Origin: an uncultured Pseudobdellovibrionaceae bacterium
GTDB lineage: Bacteria; Bdellovibrionota; Bdellovibrionia; Bdellovibrionales; UBA1609
DNA length: 64,000 bases
Direction of reading: 5' to 3'
NCBI GenBank assembly: GCA_963803705.1
Contig: CAWDNU010000004.1
Coordinates: 256,001 to 320,000, forward strand
Position 1 is the stretch's first letter; each line of letters begins with the position of its first letter. The position numbers and the translations under genes are program-made. This document shows positions 1 to 8,820 of the stretch, in pieces. The notes below the pieces were generated by a model. That model was not told where the DNA came from and ran no database searches. It saw only the letters and a list, made by a program, of their open reading frames with translations.

Positions 1-28
1 GATCACCCGATTTTAAAAGTTCCAAACT

Positions 29-2015
29 TTACAATTTCCGACAGAAATCTTTTTCGATTTGATCAAAAGAGTATCTAACGAAAACAGGTCGGCCATGTGG
101 ACAGTAACTTGTCGTTGAATACTTATCCATCAGCAAAAGCAGCTCTTCCATTTCTGGCATGGTCAAAATCTGTCCTGCACGTATTGCAGAATGACAGGCC
201 ATAGTCGCAAAAATATCGCTTATCACGTCTTCAAATACAAAACTTTCACTAAATTTTAAGATCTGTTCAATCATATTGTTCCAAGCGCCTTAACAATAGC
301 TTTATCTTTTATAATGCTAGGAGTTTCGATGATCTCAATCTGACAAGGACCACTTTGCTCGAAATGAAGTCCAAGTTAGAAAGGGCGTGAGAGCTGCTTA
401 AACAAAATTTCAACTACAGATTCGTCATCGACTTTAAACGAAATAGGTAGTAAATGTCTTTGGGTTTCAAGGCTCTACACCATTTTTAAAGCTTTGCCAT
501 AACTTTTCAAACAAGTATCTTTCATGGGCCGCATGCTGATCAATGTATACAATCTCTTGTAAGTTTTGGGTGACACAAGTACGTTTTTCGTACTTGTCCG
601 ATAATGGCTAGGTTCGACCAAAAAGACACTCTCTAGCACTTATTATCTCAACTTACGACAAGTGATTTGATTTCAATGAGCTAATCTAAGTTTTTTGCAC
701 CCGAGATGACTGCGGGTTTGAAATCACGGAAGGCAAAAATCCTAGCTCGAAGGATTTATTTTGAAAGTAGAGTTTATCACTTTGATCAGCTGCACTGGAT
801 ATGCTTGACCTAAAAGCTTTTAGCTCAAAACCACTCTGAGAGTCTTCATTTAGAATATAGCCATCAAATCGATTAGATTCATCCCGATCCTTAAAATCCA
901 TTGATCTATATTTTGAATGTAAAAACTCTTTTCGCCAGGGGCTGGTTTCTACGAATTCTAAAAGTGAATGTCTAATAGCTTTATACACTTGGGACTGTTC
1001 TTTAAACTTTACTTTACTTTTTGTAGGATGAACATTTACATCCACGAAGTCTTTTGGCACGTCTATGAAGATTGCGCCTATGGGGTACTCGCCGTGAAGT
1101 AAAGTGTTCTGAAATCCATCTCTTATGGCAGCTAAGATCATCGGCTCGTGCACCCAACGTTTTTGCACAAAGGTCCAAAGTTTTCGATTGGACTTTGCTG
1201 TTTCATGAGGTGGCGAAAATTGTACCTGAATTTTAATGTCACCAAAATTTTTAAAAAAACTATAAAGCTCTTTTGTTCCCAAAATCGTCTTATTTCGGTT
1301 TATTAATGATTCTAGGCTTTTACTATCTCCAGAGATTTAGGTCCATCATGGTGTCAGTGATGCCTTGCTCGTTTAGATTTACACTTGTAGAAAATTTGGT
1401 TTCAGATCTTGGGCCAAAAAAAGTCTAATCTATTTTTGTAAAAGAGCTTTATTCCAACTTGTGGCTGACACAGTCCAAATGCATGTAAAACTTTTTTTAT
1501 TTCCATGACTTCTGTGGCATCAGTCTTTAAAAACTTTAGACGTGCAGGCGTATTTTCATAAAGTTTATCGATTTCGATTCGAGTGCCGTAGTCATGACTT
1601 GAATCTAAGACTGGCATTAATTGCACCAAACATGACTTTTAAGCTCAACGCAGGATTCACCTTTTCTGTGCGTTCTAATATTCAGGTGTGACACTGCAGA
1701 AATACTTGCTAAGCGCTTCGCCGCGAAAACCGTAGGTCGATAAAGACCATAAGATCTTCAGCCTTCTTAAGCTTACTTGTCGTGTGTCGTTGAACAGCTA
1801 GTTTTTAAGTCTTTGGGTGAAAGCCCCATCCATTATCATTAAAGTGAGTGATCTTCCGCCTGGACCAAGGTGTAGCTCTATATCTTTAGCACCAGCATCC
1901 ATTGCATTTTCAATGAGCTCTTTAACCATATGGGCTGGTCGCTCTAGAACCTCACCAGCTGCAATTTGATCCACAACACTGGAATCTAAATGCAGATAAT
2001 TCTGGAGATTTCCAT
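29..2015 (-). CDS. mutL: DNA mismatch repair protein MutL, split by several frameshifts (probably assembly indels); start approximate
   Basis: Fragments carry MutL motifs: DQIAAGEVLERPAHMVKELIENAMDAG near 1.9-2.0 kb, NTPARLKFL (1402..1629), VDVNVHPTK (686..1282), ACHSAIRAG and CPHGRP (29..274). Confidence 0.93.
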
Positions 2016-2043
2016 TTTCAGTTATACTTAGATTCTGGTTTTC

Positions 2044-3189
2044 ATTATGATCTTCGAATTTGCATTACTTGAATCTAAAATCTTTTTTGTATTCCCGCAA
2101 GGACACCCCAGTAACTGGATTTCTCAAAATACTCTTTACCCTCTAATTTTAAGGCCCAAGAACTGCCTATTTTATAGGCAATCCCGAGAGTGCCCACTCC
2201 ACCTAAACGTAAGGTTCTTGCTAGATTCATCTTCGTTGCGAATGACGAAATCAAGAAATGAAGCGTTTAGCAGCAATCCTAAACCCGCCGTAGATATAAC
2301 GTGGAGCTTGTTCGACTTAAGACAAAAGGCATTGTAAAGTCGGTTAAAATAAAAAAACCCGATGCTTCAGAAGAAAAGTCCTCAAAAAATTGGGGTGCCC
2401 CGAAATGCATTAAGACGGTAATATCTAATAAAAAATTCTTGAAGATTAAATTTGGACCACTTATTTTAAGTCCATACATTATTTCTTTAGAGCTCTTTTT
2501 TCCACCGCCAACGTTTTCACTGTAATTAGCGATGCCTAATGCTGCACCTACTAAAGTACTAAGTATTAATGGTCCGCCAGATGTCGGGGCATTTTTTTTA
2601 CCAGCAAATCTAGCGGGGTATAACGAGCGTTTAGTAGGATACTTGAGTTTTAGATTGATCTAAACGATTTTTTTTTGTAAAGCTTGTTGTTGTTTTTTTG
2701 ATTCTAAAGCTCTGGAATTTTTGTCTTTGACTTTTTTTACAGATTCGCCTATTGTATCATTTGATAAGTCATTCAGTGATATTTTTTTTTATTCCCTTAA
2801 AACTACTTTTTTTTTTTACTTTTAGGTTTTGATCCTGAAATTTTAACCTCGGTATCTAAAACATAGCCATACCTTGATTTGCCAAGTTTTACTTTGTGGA
2901 ACAGACCCAATCCATTTGAACCTTCAACAGTACTTCTGGTGCCTAAAACTTTTTTACCCTTTGGCAAAAGATAGATAATTTTTGCGTCAAAATTTGGTTT
3001 TTTGTAAATAGCAGCTTTAGTTTTTCTAGGTTTCAAGGTCACAACGTTTTGCGCTTTTACACTAAAAGAGTAAAGTGATAGGACCAGACCTAAGCTAATA
3101 AGAATCTTAAGAAATCGGACTACTTTCTGTAACCAGAAACCTACGTGAAATTTATAAAACTGAATAATATATTCACCTAACCAGTACAT
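2044..3189 (-). CDS. Exported protein with SH3-like N-terminal domain, frameshifted; 3' end approximate
   Basis: ORF 2803..3189 has a hydrophobic signal (FSVKAQ) and an SH3b-like stretch (KKPNFDAKII...GYVLDTEV); reading appears to continue in 2279..2479 after A/T homopolymer runs. Confidence 0.45.
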
Positions 3190-3344
3190 CGCTAACTACA
3201 AGTATTAGGCTTATATTTATTTGCGTCAACGTACCAAAAAGTTCAATTAAAACCTTAGACTAAAACATACTACGACTCTAAGTGTGCATAGCAGTATTGT
3301 GGGCAGATAGCAGTACCAATTCGACTTATCGGCACTAAACCTGT

Positions 3345-3469
3345 GGGCCTGTTGAAAAAGCATCATCTTCGTTGTTGCCTTCGCTTAAATCTCATTCGAC
3401 GTAGATAAACTACGACTCATTCGATTTTAAGCTTGGACGCCTAGAATCTAATGCTTTTTCAACAGGCCC
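3345..3469. mobile_element. 125-bp MITE-like palindromic element, copy 1
   Basis: 19-bp perfect terminal inverted repeat GGGCCTGTTGAAAAAGCAT; near-identical inverted copy at 28908..29032. Confidence 0.85.
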
Positions 3470-3572
3470 TTGTGTATTTTTTTAACTACCTACATCTCTG
3501 TTTATAAAAGCATCTATTTGCATTGTTAGTGCGCTTGGTAACACTTGTACGCAGGTAACTTGCTTGAAACTT

Positions 3573-3602
3573 AAAAAAAAAGCGAGCCTGATTAGGCTCG
3601 CT
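3573..3602 (-). terminator. Rho-independent terminator of the beta-barrel gene 3629..4156
   Basis: AGCGAGCCT-gatt-AGGCTCGCT hairpin followed by a U-tract on the minus strand. Confidence 0.8.
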
Positions 3603-3628
3603 CAATGAATCTTGGAATCTATTAAAAA

Positions 3629-4156
3629 CTAATCTAAGAAACCAGAAAATGAAAGAATGTTTAAATTGATGTTGTGGCCGTTATCTAAGTCACCAGCAAC
3701 GTTTAAAGCAATCGCTACGTTCGGAGTCCAAGTGATTGTTTCAGACATAGCAAATCTTTTACCAACACTTGCTAAAATTGCAATATTATCGCCAGGTCCG
3801 AAATCAGCATATCTAATTCCGCCACCTACGAAAATAGAATTTCTAAGGTCTGCATCTAAATTATATCTAACTAATGCACCAATAGCTATAGCTGCTTCTT
3901 GAAAGCTATCACCATCAGCGTAGCCTAGTAAACCACCAACCTGTAAAACCTCAGATAAACTGTGGTAAGCCTCAACAGAAAAACCATAATCTGTTTTATC
4001 TTCTGTTCCATCGTCACCTAAACTGATTGCTGCTCTGGTGCCGCCAGTTGCTCCTTTTGCATCGGCGTACGAACCGTTAAATTGGATTTCTTTTGTAGCA
4101 TGTGAAGTTGCAACAAAGCCTAATGAAACTATTAAACCTAAAATACCCTTAAACAT
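3629..4156 (-). CDS. Small outer-membrane beta-barrel protein
   Basis: Signal peptide (ATSHA), alternating amphipathic strands, C-terminal FSGFLD, SD AGGAG. Confidence 0.7.
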   Translation of the reverse strand: MFKGILGLIVSLGFVATSHATKEIQFNGSYADAKGATGGTRAAISLGDDGTEDKTDYGFSVEAYHSLSEVLQVGGLLGYADGDSFQEAAIAIGALVRYNLDADLRNSIFVGGGIRYADFGPGDNIAILASVGKRFAMSETITWTPNVAIALNVAGDLDNGHNINLNILSFSGFLD

Positions 4157-4397
4157 AGTTATCTCCTATATGTTGTTATTATTATTATTTTTATTGATAC
4201 TCAATAAATTAGAGCCTATGGCAATCCTGAAAGTTTAGTCAACAACCACTGTAAAACCTAAACGCGGCAGGTCTTTCAATTACTTTTTCTAAAGAGTGTA
4301 AAAGTTAGATTTTTTTACTGTATGCAAGTTAAATGTACCGAAACTTGTATACTATAAACAACACTAAGGTTTAAAGGCGACTGTTTCAATACCCTTA

Positions 4398-4413
4398 GGC
4401 CTGTTGAAAAAGC
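4398..4413. repeat. Isolated single end of the 125-bp MITE
   Basis: GGCCTGTTGAAAAAGC matches the MITE terminus. Confidence 0.6.
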
Positions 4414-4677
4414 TATGTCTAGCAGACAAAGTTATATTTTAATTTCTTTAGTCAAACAAAAACTCAGTTTGTAACTGTAGTGTAATCGTAATTTATTGTT
4501 ATTTAATCTTCATAATTAATCTTAGTATTTGGCAGAGTAAAATTCGCATTAACTCTAGACTTCAAAAAGATTTCGAAGATATTATTAAAATAGGAACGAA
4601 AAATTTTAAACTTTTTATAGATTTTAGGATAAATTAGTTTTTAAATGTTCAAACATAAACCCACCTTAGGAGAAAAT

Positions 4678-5541
4678 ATGAAAATAAAAGCAGTTATAGC
4701 AAGTTTGTTATTTACAGGAAGTTTCGCATTCGCAGAAGGCGACCCAACTGAATTCTTATATCAAGCCATTGAAGGTCAAAGCTTTATTCAAGGCAACTTG
4801 GGCTATTTAACTAGTCAGCAAGATCAAGATGGTGGGAATCGTGAACTTGATTACACTGATTTAGAATTATCAGCTTTGTACGAATTGGGTCTGTCAGATA
4901 AAATAGCTGTTTATGGTTCAATTGGGTTTGGTCAAGGTGAGTTGGAAATCGTCAATATTGTACCTACAACTGTAGATCGTAATGGTTTAAATCCAATTAA
5001 TTTGGGTGTTAAGTACCGAATGAAAGCAGGCCCTGGTCAATTTTACGCACAAGGAAACCTGGGCCTTGGGGTTTTAGCTGAGCAAGATGAAAATAGGACC
5101 GATGGAAGTATAACTCTAGCTACCCGATTAGGGTATTTGATGACCTACGACACTGCAATGGCGGGATTGGTTCTGGATATCGGTTTGTTTTCAACAGATG
5201 GTAAAGTTAAAGATGGTAGTGACTTCGAAAAAAATGGGGCTTTTGCTATATCTGCTTTCTACGAGATGGTAATGTCTGAAATGATTGTAGGCTACGCCGC
5301 TACCTATTCTATTGATGCAGGCCTTGCAGGAGTGAGCAATGGTGGACCATTCGGCGGAATGTTTGTACCGGATAACTTCGAGACGTCTATACTGGACTTA
5401 AAGGTTTACACTCGGGTCCCAATGAGTGAAAAACTTCAGTTACTTGGAGGCATAAACTATGGTCTTTTCATGGATCAGCCTGAAGATTTTGATGGTGGAA
5501 GCAATATTGGCGTTAATGTTGGTGTTCGTTACATGATGTAG
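4678..5541 (+). CDS. Outer-membrane beta-barrel (porin-like) protein
   Basis: SD AGGAG before ATG 4678, signal peptide ending AFA, amphipathic strands, terminal strand VNVGVRYMM. Confidence 0.7.
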   Translation: MKIKAVIASLLFTGSFAFAEGDPTEFLYQAIEGQSFIQGNLGYLTSQQDQDGGNRELDYTDLELSALYELGLSDKIAVYGSIGFGQGELEIVNIVPTTVDRNGLNPINLGVKYRMKAGPGQFYAQGNLGLGVLAEQDENRTDGSITLATRLGYLMTYDTAMAGLVLDIGLFSTDGKVKDGSDFEKNGAFAISAFYEMVMSEMIVGYAATYSIDAGLAGVSNGGPFGGMFVPDNFETSILDLKVYTRVPMSEKLQLLGGINYGLFMDQPEDFDGGSNIGVNVGVRYMM

Positions 5542-5701
5542 CTTGAGGCAAAGGTTTCGAAAGCTCGCCTGGGCGGCGTTAGGCAGTGCAGGGCGCAAGA
5601 GCCTGACTGCCCCACTGTTGTGAAACTCGAAAGATTACTCGAGAAATCACTTGAAAAATTTTTGTAAAAATATTGATGCACTTAAATTTGCATTTACTAT
5701 A

Positions 5702-5733
5702 AATAAGGGGAACTTTTGAAAGTTCCCCTTATT
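5702..5733 (+). terminator. Intrinsic terminator hairpin
   Basis: AATAAGGGGAACTTT-tg-AAAGTTCCCCTTATT perfect stem. Confidence 0.7.
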
Positions 5734-5822
5734 CATTTGAAAGTTTACATTTTACAATTAAAATCCAGTGCGTTAATTTTTATAAAGAAGCTTGAATAGA
5801 TAACTAAACTTTGGAGAAACAG

Positions 5823-6530
5823 ATGAAAAACTTAAATATCGCAATCGTGGGAACAAACAGGGGAATTGGTTTAGAATTGACTAAGCAACTGGCAGGTCGT
5901 GGAAACAAAGTTTATGCTTTTTGCAGATCTGCCTCTGAAGACTTAAAAAGAATAAAAGATTTAACAATTGCAGAAAATTTTGAAGTCACAGACATTAGAA
6001 CTATGCAGGCAAGCCTTAAAAATTTGGATTTCAGTAAAGGTGACTACGAGGATAAAAAATCAGAAGAGGCTTGCCTTGATATTTTAATTCATGTCTCGGG
6101 AATTATGTTTGAAGACACATTAGACGAATTAGATGAAGATAATATAATGAAGCAGTTCCAAGTCAACGCCTTAGCCCCAGTCTTGGCTGTCAAAGGTTTT
6201 TTACCTTACATGAAAGAGGGCTCAAAAATTGGACTTATCACCAGTCGAATGGGTTCTGTACAAGATAATACTAGTGGTGGAATGTACGGTTACAGGATGT
6301 CTAAAGCAGCCCTTAACATGGCCGGAAAATCATTAAGTGAAGACTTAAAAGATTTTAATATCACTACCCTGCTCTTGCATCCAGGCTATGTAAAAACTGA
6401 TATGACAGATCACAAAGGTTTAATCACCACTTCAGAGTCAGCTGAAGGTTTGATTAAAATTTTGGACGAAAAAAATCAAAAAGACAGCGGCACATTCTGG
6501 CATACCAATGGCGAACAATTACCATGGTAA
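5823..6530 (+). CDS. Short-chain dehydrogenase/reductase (CsgA/C-factor-like)
   Basis: GTNRGIG nucleotide-binding motif, YRMSK catalytic motif, LHPGYVKTDM. Confidence 0.9.
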   Translation: MKNLNIAIVGTNRGIGLELTKQLAGRGNKVYAFCRSASEDLKRIKDLTIAENFEVTDIRTMQASLKNLDFSKGDYEDKKSEEACLDILIHVSGIMFEDTLDELDEDNIMKQFQVNALAPVLAVKGFLPYMKEGSKIGLITSRMGSVQDNTSGGMYGYRMSKAALNMAGKSLSEDLKDFNITTLLLHPGYVKTDMTDHKGLITTSESAEGLIKILDEKNQKDSGTFWHTNGEQLPW

Positions 6531-6549
6531 AGGTGCGTAGGCCCGCCCA

Positions 6550-7320
6550 CTATTTCGCTCCAGTGCTACCGAACCCGCTATTGCCACGCTCTGTATTTGA
6601 AAGTTCATCGCTAAATACAAACTGCGCTTTTACGACGGGTGCTATCACTAGCTGGGCTATACGGTCTTGATCTTCAATCTGAACGTCTTCTTGACCTAGA
6701 TTAATCATAATCATTTTTATTTCTCCACGGTAATCAGCGTCTATAGTTCCAGGTGTATTTACAAGCGTAAGACCTTTTTTAAGTGATAAACCGCTTCTTG
6801 GACGAGCTTGGATTTCGTACTCGATTGGAACCTCCATCGAAAGCCCCGTTGGCACTAATACTCTTTCAAATGGTTTAATTATGATAGAGCCTGACAGCTG
6901 TGCCCGAACATCAAGACCGCTTGCACCGTCAGATTCGTATTTAGGAATAGATCCTTTAAAGTGTGGAAGAGTTTTTATTTTGACCTTCACCTTAGAGTGA
7001 AAAGCAATGTGACGTTTCAAGTAGTCAGCTACCAGTGGATCAATCACTTGGGATAACATTTGTTCTGCCATCTGAAGTAATTGGTGGGAGTCTTCAAGTT
7101 TACTGCTAATTTGATCTTTGATCTTATCAGTTATTTTATCGTTTATTTTATCGGTGGTGCTACCTGCTTTGCTAGGTGTGTCTTTATCAGTATGATCAAG
7201 ATCTTCGTCATCAGCGATATCAAAACGGTCTTTAGCTAACTGAAAAAGGCTTTCAGCATTTTCTGCGATAACTTTTACTGTTTGACTCATTTTTTCAATA
7301 TTGATCATTAAAAACTCCAT
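6550..7320 (-). CDS. dut: dUTPase with an N-terminal extension of about 105 aa
   Basis: Motifs ASGLDVRA, RPRSGL, GTIDADYRGEI, RIAQLV, RGNSGFGSTG. Confidence 0.92.
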   Translation of the reverse strand: MEFLMINIEKMSQTVKVIAENAESLFQLAKDRFDIADDEDLDHTDKDTPSKAGSTTDKINDKITDKIKDQISSKLEDSHQLLQMAEQMLSQVIDPLVADYLKRHIAFHSKVKVKIKTLPHFKGSIPKYESDGASGLDVRAQLSGSIIIKPFERVLVPTGLSMEVPIEYEIQARPRSGLSLKKGLTLVNTPGTIDADYRGEIKMIMINLGQEDVQIEDQDRIAQLVIAPVVKAQFVFSDELSNTERGNSGFGSTGAK

Positions 7321-8597
7321 TTAAAATTGTTAAATTTTTCTAGAGGACCGGATTCACCCATACATAAAATTGCTATTTTAGACGGGTCAAGGCTTGTCGG
7401 TAAAGTACCATTGAATGACTGGATAGAAATCTTATCTAAAACATCGATGACGTCAGCAGAGCTTCTGTATTTTTTAAAGACCATCTCGTTGACTCCGATC
7501 GAGTTCATGCGGCTATCCAAATCGTCCATACCCATCACAATGCTAGCTTTAACTTGCGTTTTATAAAGTTCAAGGTCTTTATCTGAGATTCCATTTTTCA
7601 AAAGCTTTCCTAGCTCTTCATTTAACAGTTCAAGAACAGGATCAACGTAGCGTGCCGAAGTCCCTAAATAAATGGCTAAGCTGCCACCTTCTAAAAATGA
7701 CTGTAAATACGTATAGACATTATAGGCCCAACCTTTTTGTTCCCGGACCAACTGATACAACTGAGATGTCATGCCTCCGCCCAAGTATGAAGCCAGCACG
7801 TAGGACTCAAAGCGATAAGGATCCAAAAAGCTAACAGAAGGCAAGCCAACAGCTAAGTGAGCTTGCTCGGAGGGTCGACTGATCCATTCTTTAAAAGGTT
7901 TTTGTTCAAGTGGAATTAAACTAGTTTCTTCTTGGTATTTTTTGGGTTCGGATTTTTTAAGGTCACCTATCCCTTGAGATTTAATAATTTTTAAGAAATC
8001 GCTGTGGCTTACAGGACCCGCAAGCGAAATAATCATTTTAGTAGTTTGGTAACTCTCTTGATAATAAGTCATCAAATCTTGTCTAGATATATTTTGAATT
8101 GTCTGTTCAGTACCCAGTATATTTCTTGAAACAGGATGAGGTCCTAATGCTTTTTCAAAAAATAAGTCAAAAATATAATCTTCAAGATTGTCCTTAGACA
8201 TATCGATCTCTTGTATTACAACATTTTTTTCTTTTTCAAATTCATCCGTTTTAAAATCTGCATTGAAAACCAGATCCGTCAATGTTTGAAGACACAAAGG
8301 TAGCGCGCTTTTTAAACTGGTTGTGGTGTAACAAGTGTATTCCCTAGAAGTGTGGGCGTTTATATCCGCGCCTGCTTTTTCAATGTCCAATACCAAATCA
8401 AGTGCTGACTTTTGATCTGTGCCTTTGAAAACCATGTGCTCAGTTAAGTGCGCCATACCGGTTTGACCCTCAAGCTCATGCTTGGTGCCAGACTCAATAA
8501 AAAATCCCAGATGAACCGTTTGAGCCCAAGGGTGAGTCTCTGTAACTACCCGAATACCGTTTTCTAAAACTGTTTTTTGGAATAAAGAGGGATCCAT
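7308..8597 (-). CDS. M16 family zinc peptidase
   Basis: HLTEHMVFKGT (HxxEH) and NAHTSREYT; usual position between pnp and dut. Confidence 0.9.
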   Translation of the reverse strand: MDPSLFQKTVLENGIRVVTETHPWAQTVHLGFFIESGTKHELEGQTGMAHLTEHMVFKGTDQKSALDLVLDIEKAGADINAHTSREYTCYTTTSLKSALPLCLQTLTDLVFNADFKTDEFEKEKNVVIQEIDMSKDNLEDYIFDLFFEKALGPHPVSRNILGTEQTIQNISRQDLMTYYQESYQTTKMIISLAGPVSHSDFLKIIKSQGIGDLKKSEPKKYQEETSLIPLEQKPFKEWISRPSEQAHLAVGLPSVSFLDPYRFESYVLASYLGGGMTSQLYQLVREQKGWAYNVYTYLQSFLEGGSLAIYLGTSARYVDPVLELLNEELGKLLKNGISDKDLELYKTQVKASIVMGMDDLDSRMNSIGVNEMVFKKYRSSADVIDVLDKISIQSFNGTLPTSLDPSKIAILCMGESGPLEKFNNFKWSF

Positions 8598-8633
8598 TAA
8601 AAATATACTGGCATACTACCAAAAAAAGCACCA

Positions 8634-8798
8634 CACCTAAATTTTGTTAAGAAAGTGAAAACGATTATATTCTCCTCTTAAAAACCTTCAATCATACGTT
8701 TGGCACTCGCTTGCAAAAAGGCAAGCTGCGCTCCAAGCCGATCTCGGTTATTAAGAGGAGAATATAATCGTTTTCACTTTCTTAACAAAATTTAGGTG
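8634..8798. repeat. 165-bp palindromic element A (48-bp perfect arms around a conserved core)
   Basis: 8634..8681 is the exact reverse complement of 8751..8798; core shared with 20334..20490. Confidence 0.9.
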
Positions 8799-8820
8799 CA
8801 TGACATTTTTAGAAAACAGA

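Noticed and set aside
5570..5584. attC-like GCGTTAGGC end
   Set aside because: No matching RYYYAAC box upstream
8687..8745. Known self-cleaving ribozyme in the core of the palindromic elements
   Set aside because: I could not find hammerhead (CUGAUGA/GAAA), twister, pistol or hairpin core motifs on either strand by eye
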